From: Bacillota bacterium
GTDB taxonomy: Bacteria; Bacillota; Clostridia; Christensenellales; CAG-138
Direction of reading: 5' to 3'
Length of the DNA stretch: 51,207 nucleotides
NCBI GenBank assembly: GCA_023416895.1
Contig: JAEZGQ010000072.1
Location: 1-51,207, forward strand
The notes beneath the pieces are model-generated. The model worked only from the letters and a program-made list of their open reading frames with translations. It ran no database searches and was not told the DNA's origin. Shown here in pieces: positions 1 to 6,785 of this stretch. The number at the start of each line of letters is the position of its first letter. The stretch's first letter is position 1. The translations under genes were made by a program, and so were the position numbers.

Positions 1-1075
1 CTTGCCCCTCACAAAAAAGGTAATAGCCTGCCTGTGCGTGTTTTCCTTCGCGGTCCTTGCTAAGTTTCACCGCCTGCCGTGCCACCACCGTTTCCGCTAC
101 GTTGAGCCGCTTTGCCACGCGCTCCACTGTGGAGCGGTAGTATGCGCGCGTAGCGGCATCCATGCGGGCGTAATCCTTTTCCTCACGAAGCACACGCTCT
201 ACGCTCGAATAGCTTTCAAAGCACGACGGCCAGTCGAGCCCGTCAAGAAACCGCAAGCTCAAGATCGCGTTGTTCACGCGCATGGAGGAAGCGGATAGCA
301 GGCTTCTGTTTCGCGCAAGCAAAGTTTCCGCTTCCACATCCGCACGGTGGAGGCACGCGGCAAGGAGTTGAAGGGCGTCGTATGCGTCTTTCTCCTCAAG
401 GCGGCTTACAAGAAAGTCCGTACAGGCCGGATGCTTTTGAAGCTCCAGCTTTTCAATCATCGCCTCCCGTTTCGCGTCCGGCTGCGCCTTGAACAAGGCT
501 GCAAGCACTTCCTCAGCGCGGTCGTACTGAGCGATCACGTCAAAGGCGGCCACGCACTCAAGTGCAATAAGCTTCAAAAGTGCGACGCGCAGCATATGCG
601 GCAGCAGCCAAAGCTCGCGCATGGCAAGCGGGCTCACGCCCTGAAACCCGCGCAAAAAGGCGCTCAAAAGCCCCTCATCCACGCGTCCTTCCCTGTGCCC
701 TACCATTGCGGCCGCCATGCGGTAGACGCGCGGCAGGCCGAAGTATTCGCCCTGTGCGCATACCGGCAAACGCGCCTCTTCGATTTCGTCGAGCGCGTTT
801 TGCACGGCGATGAGGTTTTTTTCCACGACGTAAAACTCATCGCGCAACACCTCCGCGCTGGGCGGAAGCTCTTTGTTCTTCTCGTATCGTTCGCAGGAAA
901 GCTTATAAAGCGCAGTCAATGCCCGCCGATCGGCTCCGATCTGCGGGAAAAGCGAAGGCTCGCCGCGGCGCGCGGCGCGCGTGCGAAGCGATGCAAGCTC
1001 CGCGGCATGGCGTTCCATTGCCTCCGCATTGAGCGGGATATCCAAAAGACCGTTGTACGTTCTGTTTTGAAACAT
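1..1075 (-). CDS. NdvB/ChvB-like cyclic beta-1,2-glucan synthase / GH94-family protein. About 358 N-terminal codons are visible; the 3' end lies beyond the left window edge.
   Basis: This is my own minus-strand translation. It is absent from the ORF track because there is no stop in the window. It reads MFQNRTYNGLLDIPLNAEAMERHAAELA...DEIEEARLPVCAQGEYFGLPRVYRMAAAMVGHREGRVDEGLLSAFLRGFQGVSPLAMRELWLLPHMLRVALLKLIALECV...RVNNAILSLRFLDGLDWPSCFESYSSVERVLREEKDYARMDAATRAYYRSTVERVAKRLNVAETVVARQAVKLS. The motifs GLPRVY, GRVD, ELW..P.MLR.AL, SLRFL..DW and Y.RMD..TR..YR fit my memory of the N-terminal region of NdvB-type proteins. The start is ATG 1075 (GGGAGG 13 nt upstream) or ATG 1096. The plus-strand ORF 347..1105 is its antisense shadow. 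Confidence 0.55.
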   Translation of the reverse strand, partial: MFQNRTYNGLLDIPLNAEAMERHAAELASLRTRAARRGEPSLFPQIGADRRALTALYKLSCERYEKNKELPPSAEVLRDEFYVVEKNLIAVQNALDEIEEARLPVCAQGEYFGLPRVYRMAAAMVGHREGRVDEGLLSAFLRGFQGVSPLAMRELWLLPHMLRVALLKLIALECVAAFDVIAQYDRAEEVLAALFKAQPDAKREAMIEKLELQKHPACTDFLVSRLEEKDAYDALQLLAACLHRADVEAETLLARNRSLLSASSMRVNNAILSLRFLDGLDWPSCFESYSSVERVLREEKDYARMDAATRAYYRSTVERVAKRLNVAETVVARQAVKLSKDREGKHAQAGYYLFCEGQ

Positions 1076-1144
1076 CGTGAAGCATATGCCTCCCATGGCG
1101 CATAGTAAAAGTAGTATCTGCCAAAATGGGCGTGCATATCTATC

Positions 1145-1168
1145 AAAAAGTGATTTGCATCACTTTTT
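1145..1168 (-). terminator. A5-GTG...CAC-T5 hairpin with a GCAA tetraloop, 50-70 nt upstream of the NdvB-like start
   Basis: The minus-strand RNA reads AAAAAGTGAT-GCAA-ATCACTTTTT, a 10-bp stem. It is copy (a) of a recurrent motif; see findings. Confidence 0.45.
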
Positions 1169-1260
1169 GACCCTTGCTTTAATCGCCTGCGAAGCCCCGA
1201 AGATCGAATGGCCGAAGCTCTCCTTGCGAGGGATGCGTTCCACACGGACGCGATTTGTGA

Positions 1261-1287
1261 GAAAAAACCTTGCATTGCAAGGCTTTT
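1261..1287 (-). terminator. Second, weaker terminator-like hairpin
   Basis: The palindrome CCTTGCAtTGCAAGG spans 1268..1282. It is flanked by an A-run and, on the minus strand, a T6 run. Confidence 0.4.
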
Positions 1288-1299
1288 CAAATTCAAGTT

Positions 1300-1347
1300 G
1301 CCCAAAGCAAACCCGCCGGTTCCATATTTTACGGAACCGGCGGGTTT
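1300..1347 (-). terminator. Intrinsic terminator after the DivIVA-like gene (also terminator-shaped on the plus strand)
   Basis: A perfect 12-bp GC-rich stem pairs CCCGCCGGTTCC (1312..1323) with GGAACCGGCGGG (1333..1344), with A/T extensions. The minus-strand tail is TTTGCTTTGGG and the plus-strand tail is TTTTAT. Confidence 0.7.
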
Positions 1348-1397
1348 TATGCCTATTTTATGCGAATTGAGGCTATAACGTAAAAAGGGAGCGCTTA

Positions 1398-1586
1398 TCA
1401 GCCCTCCTGCGCGTGCTTTTTAAGCTGTTTTTCCAAAAGTTCGGCGCGCGTTTCAGCAAGCTGACGCGCTTGCTCAAGAATTTCCATTTCACGTACAATC
1501 TCGTCGAGGAATGCATCCACCTCGGCGGGGTCGTAGCCTCGAAAAGCGCGGCTGAATTTTTTATGAATGATGTCTTTTCGCGTCAT
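1398..1586 (-). CDS. Small DivIVA-domain protein
   Basis: MTRKDIIHKKFSRAFRGYDPAEVDAFLDEIV is the DivIVA N-terminal domain signature, followed by a short coiled coil. ATG 1586 has a GAGAGAGG SD and is preferred over the track start 1628. The gene follows sepF, as in division/cell-wall clusters. Confidence 0.7.
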   Translation of the reverse strand: MTRKDIIHKKFSRAFRGYDPAEVDAFLDEIVREMEILEQARQLAETRAELLEKQLKKHAQEG

Positions 1587-1677
1587 ACAAACCTCTCTCA
1601 AACCCCTAAAAACGGAACGGCGCGCCAAAGCGGTGGCATTGGCGCGCGCATATGCTTTTTCGAAAACAAAGCCCTTG

Positions 1678-2121
1678 TTACAGGGATGCTTCCCCGTTGC
1701 CGATCACGTCGCAGTTGGCGGGAGCGACCACGAAAATGCCGCGCGACACCTTGTAGATGGTGCCGTTGAGCGCATAGATGGCACCTGCCATAAAATCGAG
1801 GATGCGCTGCGCGCAGTCGATTTCGAGTTCTTCCATATTGACGATGACGGGCTTGCGGCTCTTGAGGTTATCGATGATGTTTTGCGTATCCTCATAGCTG
1901 ATGGGATGATACACGATCATCTTCATCTGAGCCTGCGAGGGAATGCTGATTACGTTTCCGTTTGTGGAAGCGCTCTTACGCTTGCCGCGGTTGCCAATGT
2001 CAAGGACATTGTCATCGCGGATCGTTTCTTCTTCGTATGCTTCTTCGGCATACAGTTCATCGTCCATCTCCGTTTCCTCGATGCCGATGAAGTCCATAAA
2101 CTTTTTAACGAACCCTGCCAT
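1678..2121 (-). CDS. sepF: Cell division protein SepF
   Basis: The protein has an acidic N-terminus and the conserved C-terminal SepF core (MKMIVYHPISYEDTQNIIDNLKSRKPVIVNMEELEIDCAQRILDFMAGAIYALNGTIYKVSRGIFVVAP). It sits directly downstream of yggS/ylmE, as in Bacillus. Confidence 0.85.
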   Translation of the reverse strand: MAGFVKKFMDFIGIEETEMDDELYAEEAYEEETIRDDNVLDIGNRGKRKSASTNGNVISIPSQAQMKMIVYHPISYEDTQNIIDNLKSRKPVIVNMEELEIDCAQRILDFMAGAIYALNGTIYKVSRGIFVVAPANCDVIGNGEASL

Positions 2122-2221
2122 GATTATTCCTCCATTTGATTTTTATTTGGCGCTTGGAGAAATAAGAAACCCCCAAGGTAACGCGGCGCGGCGTATGTAT
2201 ATGTATGCCTTTGCCTCCGCC

Positions 2222-2902
2222 TCAAACCCGTGGACCGAACAGCGCCGTTCCGATGCGCACCATTGTGGCCCCTTCTTTGATGGCGGACATGTAGTCCCCG
2301 CTCATGCCCATGGAAAGCTCGTCCATGAAAACATTGGGAAAGGCTTGTGCCCCAAGCCCTTGCGCAAGCTCCCGCATCCTTGAAAAATAGCGGCGCGCCT
2401 CCGCTTCCCCGCAGGGGGGCGGAACGCACATCAAACCTTTTACGCGGATGCCGGAAAGCTGAGAAACGACTTGGAGAAAGGCCGGCAGGTCGTCAGGCGC
2501 AATGCCGCCCTTTTGCGGTTCGCTGCCGATGTTGACTTCAATGAGCACATCCTGCACCGTATCCGGCAAAAAGCGGTTAAGCTCTTGCGCAAGCGACAGC
2601 CTGTCCAACGAGTGGATAAGTTTTACCTTGCCTTTTACATATTTTACCTTATTCGTTTGTAGTTGTCCAATAAAATGGATGCCGAAACCTGAATTTTTAT
2701 AAAAATCGTATTTTCCAAGAAGCTCCTGGACGCGGTTTTCTCCCACTTCCCGTACGCCGCAGGGCTGAATTTGCGCGATGCGCGATGCATCAACATACTT
2801 TGTAACGGCAATCAGCTGTATATCTTCGGGCTTCCTGCCCGCTTCGAGTGCCGCGCGCGCGATGTTTTCGCGGATGGTTTGAATGTTTTGCGCGATTGTC
2901 AA
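2222..2902 (-). CDS. yggS: YggS/YlmE-family pyridoxal-phosphate homeostasis protein
   Basis: LIAVTKYV carries the PLP lysine, and GENRVQE, FIGQLQTNKVKY and MGMSGDY are also present. The 226-aa length and the position upstream of sepF are typical. Confidence 0.85.
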   Translation of the reverse strand: MTIAQNIQTIRENIARAALEAGRKPEDIQLIAVTKYVDASRIAQIQPCGVREVGENRVQELLGKYDFYKNSGFGIHFIGQLQTNKVKYVKGKVKLIHSLDRLSLAQELNRFLPDTVQDVLIEVNIGSEPQKGGIAPDDLPAFLQVVSQLSGIRVKGLMCVPPPCGEAEARRYFSRMRELAQGLGAQAFPNVFMDELSMGMSGDYMSAIKEGATMVRIGTALFGPRV

Positions 2903-2935
2903 GTTGCTTCCCTCCCATGTCAGGATGTGCTTGTC

Positions 2936-2960
2936 AAAAAGTGTCTTTCGTCACTTATTT
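2936..2960 (-). terminator. A-GTG...CAC-T5 hairpin with a GAAA tetraloop between the HlyD-like gene and yggS
   Basis: The minus-strand RNA reads AAATAAGTG-A-C(GAAA)G-A-CACTTTTT. It is copy (c) of the recurrent motif. Confidence 0.4.
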
Positions 2961-2983
2961 GACAGTCTGAAGCTGTGCTTACT

Positions 2984-4129
2984 TTACGGCTTTACGTACC
3001 TTTGCCCCGCGCCGAGCGTATCCGTAGCGTTTTTGGCGCGCACCACGGCACGGTCGCCGCTAAAAGCCAAAACCTCCACCTCTACGCGCTGGGTGCCGTC
3101 CGCCATCACGATGGTAAGCCCAGGTACACCGTTCTCCACGCTGATTGCGTCAAGCGGTACGTCAAAACCAGCGGCGTCCTTCTGGATGGTTGCCTTGAGG
3201 CTTCTCGCGTTCAAAAGCGAGCCCATGTCCTGATGGAATTGCAAAAGGTTCACAACGCCGCTCTCATTGATGATGGGTGCAAGCGCCGTACCCGTAAAGG
3301 GGATGTTGAGATAGCCGTCGAACACCACGGCATACTGCTCGCCCTCCGTAACGCGGAAGGGCTTGCTCGCCGAGGTTACAAATGCGATGTACCAGTTTTC
3401 GCCGTTCGCCACGCGGTATAGAAGGTTGCTCGTGGCGGCGCCCGTGCCGCCCGCAGCGCCTTTGATAACTGAGTTGACAAGGTCCGCGTTGACGACGGAG
3501 AGCTTATCGGTATTCAAAACCTGTTCGTAACCGTCGAAGTAAAAGCTCACCACGCCATCGCGAACGGCAGTGACTTCGCTTTTCCATCCCGCGAGCTGGT
3601 CGGTAAGCTGCTGTTCTGCGGCATACAGTGAGGTGAGGGTTTCCGAAGGCTGCACATTGGTTTTTAAATACTCCGCGCGTTGCAAAAGAAGGCTTGAAAG
3701 CTCGTTTTGCAGCGTCAAAAGGTCGCCCGTGCTGCCCTGCATCACGAGCGCGGCAATCTGCGACTTTTTCTGGTCGATTTGCATATTGAGATTTTCAAGG
3801 CCCGGATTGGCAATACCTGCAAGCAAGTTGAGTTGCTCGGCGAGTACATCCTTTTGCGCGCGCACCACGGACTGTGCCATTTCGTCGCTATAACCCCATT
3901 TGTAAACCGTTGCTACGGGCGTACCGCTCGTAACGGACGCACCCTCGCTGATAAGATAGCTCACCCTGTCGTAACGGTCCACGGAAACACAGGTTTCGTC
4001 GCGGATTGCGGCTGCGCTCACGCTAAGCTCCATACGAAGGCTGCTTTCTGCAAGCACCCCCTCCTTTTTGCCGCCGGAAAGCACAGCAATCAGCACCGCA
4101 ATGCCTAGAAGCAGCACGGCCACAAACAC
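2984..4129 (-). CDS. Membrane-anchored HlyD-like protein with a coiled-coil hairpin and a beta-barrel domain
   Basis: It has an N-terminal TM helix (FVAVLLLGIAVLIAVL), a lipoyl-like segment (ISEGASVTSGTPVATV), long heptad-like coiled coils, and V..DGVV followed by a beta-rich C-terminus. The N-terminus is uncertain. The only SD (GGAGGG, 4177..4182) precedes an in-frame ATC at 4168, not the track GTG at 4129. Confidence 0.5.
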   Translation of the reverse strand: MFVAVLLLGIAVLIAVLSGGKKEGVLAESSLRMELSVSAAAIRDETCVSVDRYDRVSYLISEGASVTSGTPVATVYKWGYSDEMAQSVVRAQKDVLAEQLNLLAGIANPGLENLNMQIDQKKSQIAALVMQGSTGDLLTLQNELSSLLLQRAEYLKTNVQPSETLTSLYAAEQQLTDQLAGWKSEVTAVRDGVVSFYFDGYEQVLNTDKLSVVNADLVNSVIKGAAGGTGAATSNLLYRVANGENWYIAFVTSASKPFRVTEGEQYAVVFDGYLNIPFTGTALAPIINESGVVNLLQFHQDMGSLLNARSLKATIQKDAAGFDVPLDAISVENGVPGLTIVMADGTQRVEVEVLAFSGDRAVVRAKNATDTLGAGQRYVKP

Positions 4130-4203
4130 ATAAAAGCGCGACTTTACCCGTTTTTTTTGTCTGGCGATACGAAAGTCCCTCCCTTTTTATGAAGCGCACG
4201 CGA

Positions 4204-4569
4204 TCATACCCCGCCCGCTTCATAGCCTTTCTTGGAAGAAAGGCCGTTTTGCCTATTGAAATTCTCCTGATTTTTGGAGGCGTAAACCTGAAAAAGCTCG
4301 TCCGCCGTGAAACCGGCGCGCAAACACATGCTCACAAAGAAATGAAGCACGTCCACAAGTTCTTCCTTGACGGCGGCGGGGTCAATTTCCTTTTTGTTTT
4401 TCCACCACTTGAAATTGACCTCGTTGAGAAGCTCACTAAGCTCCGCGGTAATGGCCAGCACGTCCTTTTGCATCCACTCCTCAAAGCTGATGCCCTCAAG
4501 CCCCCTGCGGCGGGTAATATCGTCGTCGAGCGCCTTTTGCATCTGGAAGATGCGATCGAGCTTGTCCAT
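4204..4569 (-). CDS. Dimeric dUTPase-like / all-alpha NTP pyrophosphohydrolase family protein
   Basis: MDKLDRIFQMQKALDDDI...EEWMQKDVLAITAELSELLNEVNFKWWK...KEELVDVLHFFVSM...NRQ fits the dUTPase_2/MazG-like all-alpha pattern from memory. ATG 4569 avoids an overlap with the upstream M16 gene; the track start is 4644. Confidence 0.5.
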   Translation of the reverse strand: MDKLDRIFQMQKALDDDITRRRGLEGISFEEWMQKDVLAITAELSELLNEVNFKWWKNKKEIDPAAVKEELVDVLHFFVSMCLRAGFTADELFQVYASKNQENFNRQNGLSSKKGYEAGGV

Positions 4570-4574
4570 AAATT

Positions 4575-5840
4575 TTACCACTCCATGATGCGTTTTTCTA
4601 TATCCTTTTCCCTTTGGCTCATGCGCCCAACAAATGCGCCGCAAATGCGGTTTCTGTCGAACACATAAGGAAGAATGGCCCGCACATCGTCCATGCTGAC
4701 GCGCTCGATGCGCTCCATGATCTCCTGCTCGGTGTGAATTTTGCCATGGAGAAGCTCCGCCTTGCCGATGGCGTTGGAACGTGCGGAGGTGCTTTCCTGC
4801 CCGAGCATATAACTGCCCTTGAGCTGCTCCTTGCTGCGCTTAAACTCCTCGGACGTGATGCCGTTTTTGAGGATCTCGTCAAGCTCCAAAAGCATGAGCT
4901 TTACGACCTCCTCCGCCTGTTTTTCGCCGGTGCCCGCATAAAGCGCAAAATAGCCTGAATCGGTATATGCGGAGGGATAGGAATAAATGGAGTACGCAAG
5001 CCCGCGCTCTTCGCGGATGTTTTGGAAAAGCCGCGAGCTCATGCTACCGCCGAGCGCGTTGTTGAGCACAAAAAGCGCATACTGCCTGTCGTCGTCGATG
5101 GAATAACCGGGGAACCCCAGGCAGATGTGCACCTGCTCTACGTCCTTTTGCAATGCCTTGAACGCGCGTTTTTTCGTGATCTCGCACATAGGAACCGCTT
5201 TTTGAAACGGTGCCGCATCGCCCCCGAAGTTCGCGCGGACTGTGTCGAGAAGCTTTTCGCGCGAAAAGTTGCCCGCGCAGGAAACAACGATGTTGTCGGG
5301 CAGGTAATGCCTGTCCATATAATCGCGAATTTTTTCGCGCGTAAAGGAACGCACGCTTTCCTCGGTGCCCAAAATGGGTTTTGCGTAAGGCGTATTCCCG
5401 TGAATGATGGAAGAAAGCGCTTCGTGTACCAAGTCCTCCGGTGTGTCCTCCACCATAAGGATTTCCTCACAAACAACGCCCTTTTCCTTTTCGATATCGG
5501 TGGGCTCAAATTTGGAGTTGCGCAAAAGGTCACTCAAAACGTCCGCAGCAATTTCCATATGCTCGTCGAGCACCTTCGCGTAAAGGCAGGTACATTCCTT
5601 GGCGGTAAAGGCGTTGAGCGTGCCGCCTATGCCGTCCATCTCCGCTGCAATCTGCGAAGCGGTGCGCTTTGTGGTACCCTTAAACAGCATGTGTTCGATA
5701 AAGTGGGAAATTCCCGCTTCGTTTTCCCCCTCATAGGAGGAACCCGCGCCGATCCATACGCCCATGGAAACGGAGCGGAAAGAGGGCATTTGCTCCGCGA
5801 TGATTTTGATGCCGTTTTCCAGCCGTTCACGATATACCAT
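4575..5840 (-). CDS. M16-family zinc peptidase (pitrilysin/insulinase-like; MlpA/YmxG position)
   Basis: It carries the inverted zincin motif HFIEHMLFKGT. It is 421 aa and lies in the conserved pnp-deacetylase-M16 arrangement known from Bacillus. Confidence 0.85.
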   Translation of the reverse strand: MVYRERLENGIKIIAEQMPSFRSVSMGVWIGAGSSYEGENEAGISHFIEHMLFKGTTKRTASQIAAEMDGIGGTLNAFTAKECTCLYAKVLDEHMEIAADVLSDLLRNSKFEPTDIEKEKGVVCEEILMVEDTPEDLVHEALSSIIHGNTPYAKPILGTEESVRSFTREKIRDYMDRHYLPDNIVVSCAGNFSREKLLDTVRANFGGDAAPFQKAVPMCEITKKRAFKALQKDVEQVHICLGFPGYSIDDDRQYALFVLNNALGGSMSSRLFQNIREERGLAYSIYSYPSAYTDSGYFALYAGTGEKQAEEVVKLMLLELDEILKNGITSEEFKRSKEQLKGSYMLGQESTSARSNAIGKAELLHGKIHTEQEIMERIERVSMDDVRAILPYVFDRNRICGAFVGRMSQREKDIEKRIMEW

Positions 5841-5849
5841 TGGTGTTCC

Positions 5850-6545
5850 TTACAATACGTCCGCCGTGGCGGTAAGCCGTATTCCTTTCTCCTGATATGC
5901 CTTTATGAGCCCGCCGAGCGCCTGCGCGGCCGCGGCGGTAGGCTGCATCAACATTATGCTTCCTTCAATGGGGTTTTGCAATGCACGCGAGAGGATATCC
6001 TCAGCGCTACCCCGTGCGCACAAAAGATCCACCGTGCAAAGAACATGCGTAAGTCCAAGTGTTTGCGCCGCACCCGAGGATACCGCAAGGTTGCGGTCAC
6101 CCGAATAGTAAAGGCTTACCGTTGCCCCGCAAACCGATTCGATAACCTCCAGCGATTTTCGCACATCCTCCGTGACCCACGACAGCCGCCCGTCGTGCTG
6201 CACATCGTAGCCCATGGTGGCAAGCTCGTGCCCCTCGTCGAAAATACGCTTGCAAAGCTCCGGGTTTTCTTCCGCCCACATGCCGCTTACAGCGAAGGTA
6301 GCGCGCGTATCGTTTTCCTTCAATGTATCGAGAATGCTCTCGAGCGCTTGCGCGTTCCAGCTTACGGCAAACTGCAGCGCGGCCTTGTCCGTCGCCTGCC
6401 CGCGGTATACGGGGGAACCGTACGCCTGCGCCATGGCCGCCTGTGCGGACGGCTTGCTGGTAACAAGGTAGAGCGCCGCGATCAGCCCCACCAAGAGCGC
6501 GTTGACGAGGAAGTTAAGCACTTTGCCCGGCTTTCGTTTTTTCAT
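5850..6545 (-). CDS. Polysaccharide deacetylase-family protein with an N-terminal membrane anchor (YlxY position)
   Basis: It has a basic N-terminus and a TM helix (MKKRKPGKVLNFLVNALLVGLIAALYLV). A NodB-like core is suggested by TFAVSGMWAEENPELCKRIFDEGHELATMGY. Synteny downstream of pnp supports the call. Confidence 0.7.
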   Translation of the reverse strand: MKKRKPGKVLNFLVNALLVGLIAALYLVTSKPSAQAAMAQAYGSPVYRGQATDKAALQFAVSWNAQALESILDTLKENDTRATFAVSGMWAEENPELCKRIFDEGHELATMGYDVQHDGRLSWVTEDVRKSLEVIESVCGATVSLYYSGDRNLAVSSGAAQTLGLTHVLCTVDLLCARGSAEDILSRALQNPIEGSIMLMQPTAAAAQALGGLIKAYQEKGIRLTATADVL

Positions 6546-6610
6546 AAAACAGCCCTCCTAAGTGAATCTTTCGGCTGTTTCATGCTTATTCACACGGACG
6601 GGCCCATAGT

Positions 6611-6639
6611 ATTAAAAAAGTGCCTTGCGTCACTTTTTT
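6611..6639 (-). terminator. A6-GTG...CAC-T6 hairpin with a GCAA tetraloop after pnp
   Basis: The minus-strand RNA reads AAAAAAGTG-A-C(GCAA)G-G-CACTTTTTT, followed by AATAC. It is copy (b) of the recurrent motif and lies about 70 nt upstream of the deacetylase start. Confidence 0.55.
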
Positions 6640-6706
6640 AAGGGTTACAGGAATCTCCTGCAAAGGCCCACAGGCCAAGTGCCCAAAGCACGCCTTCATG
6701 CAACGT

Positions 6707-6737
6707 GTCCCATCCGGCGGTTCGCGCCGGATGGGAC
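6707..6737. other. Perfect 13-bp GC-rich stem-loop in the pnp 3' region, with no U-tract
   Basis: GTCCCATCCGGCG (6707..6719) pairs with CGCCGGATGGGAC (6725..6737) around a 5-nt loop. It is not followed by a T-run on the minus strand. Confidence 0.6.
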
Positions 6738-6785
6738 GGTTAAATGTAGGTTCTTTTTTACCGCTTCGATGCGGCTTTCAAGCGC

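Noticed and set aside
347-1105. The plus-strand 252-aa ORF at the left end, the only long ORF the track shows there.
   Set aside because: The minus strand across the same bases encodes a clearly protein-like, motif-bearing sequence (NdvB/GH94-like) that runs off the window edge. The plus-strand product is compositionally antisense-like.

I briefly suspected two compensating frameshifts in the minus-strand gene. Re-reading lines 661-780 against the track translation of 580..813 showed that I had mis-registered one base, and the frame is continuous.
5022-6641. Very long plus-strand ORFs: 5022..6641 (539 aa), 7683..9089 (468 aa), 14951..16291 (446 aa), 37423..38760 (445 aa), 47604..48953 (449 aa), 35080..36189 (369 aa), 19113..20030 (305 aa) and others.
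   Set aside because: Each lies antisense to a confidently identified minus-strand housekeeping gene (M16 peptidase/deacetylase, pnp, infB, glyA, relA, NYN, polC). Their products are R/H/L/A-rich with no recognisable motifs and lack SD sequences. Long stop-free antisense frames are expected in GC-rich coding DNA.
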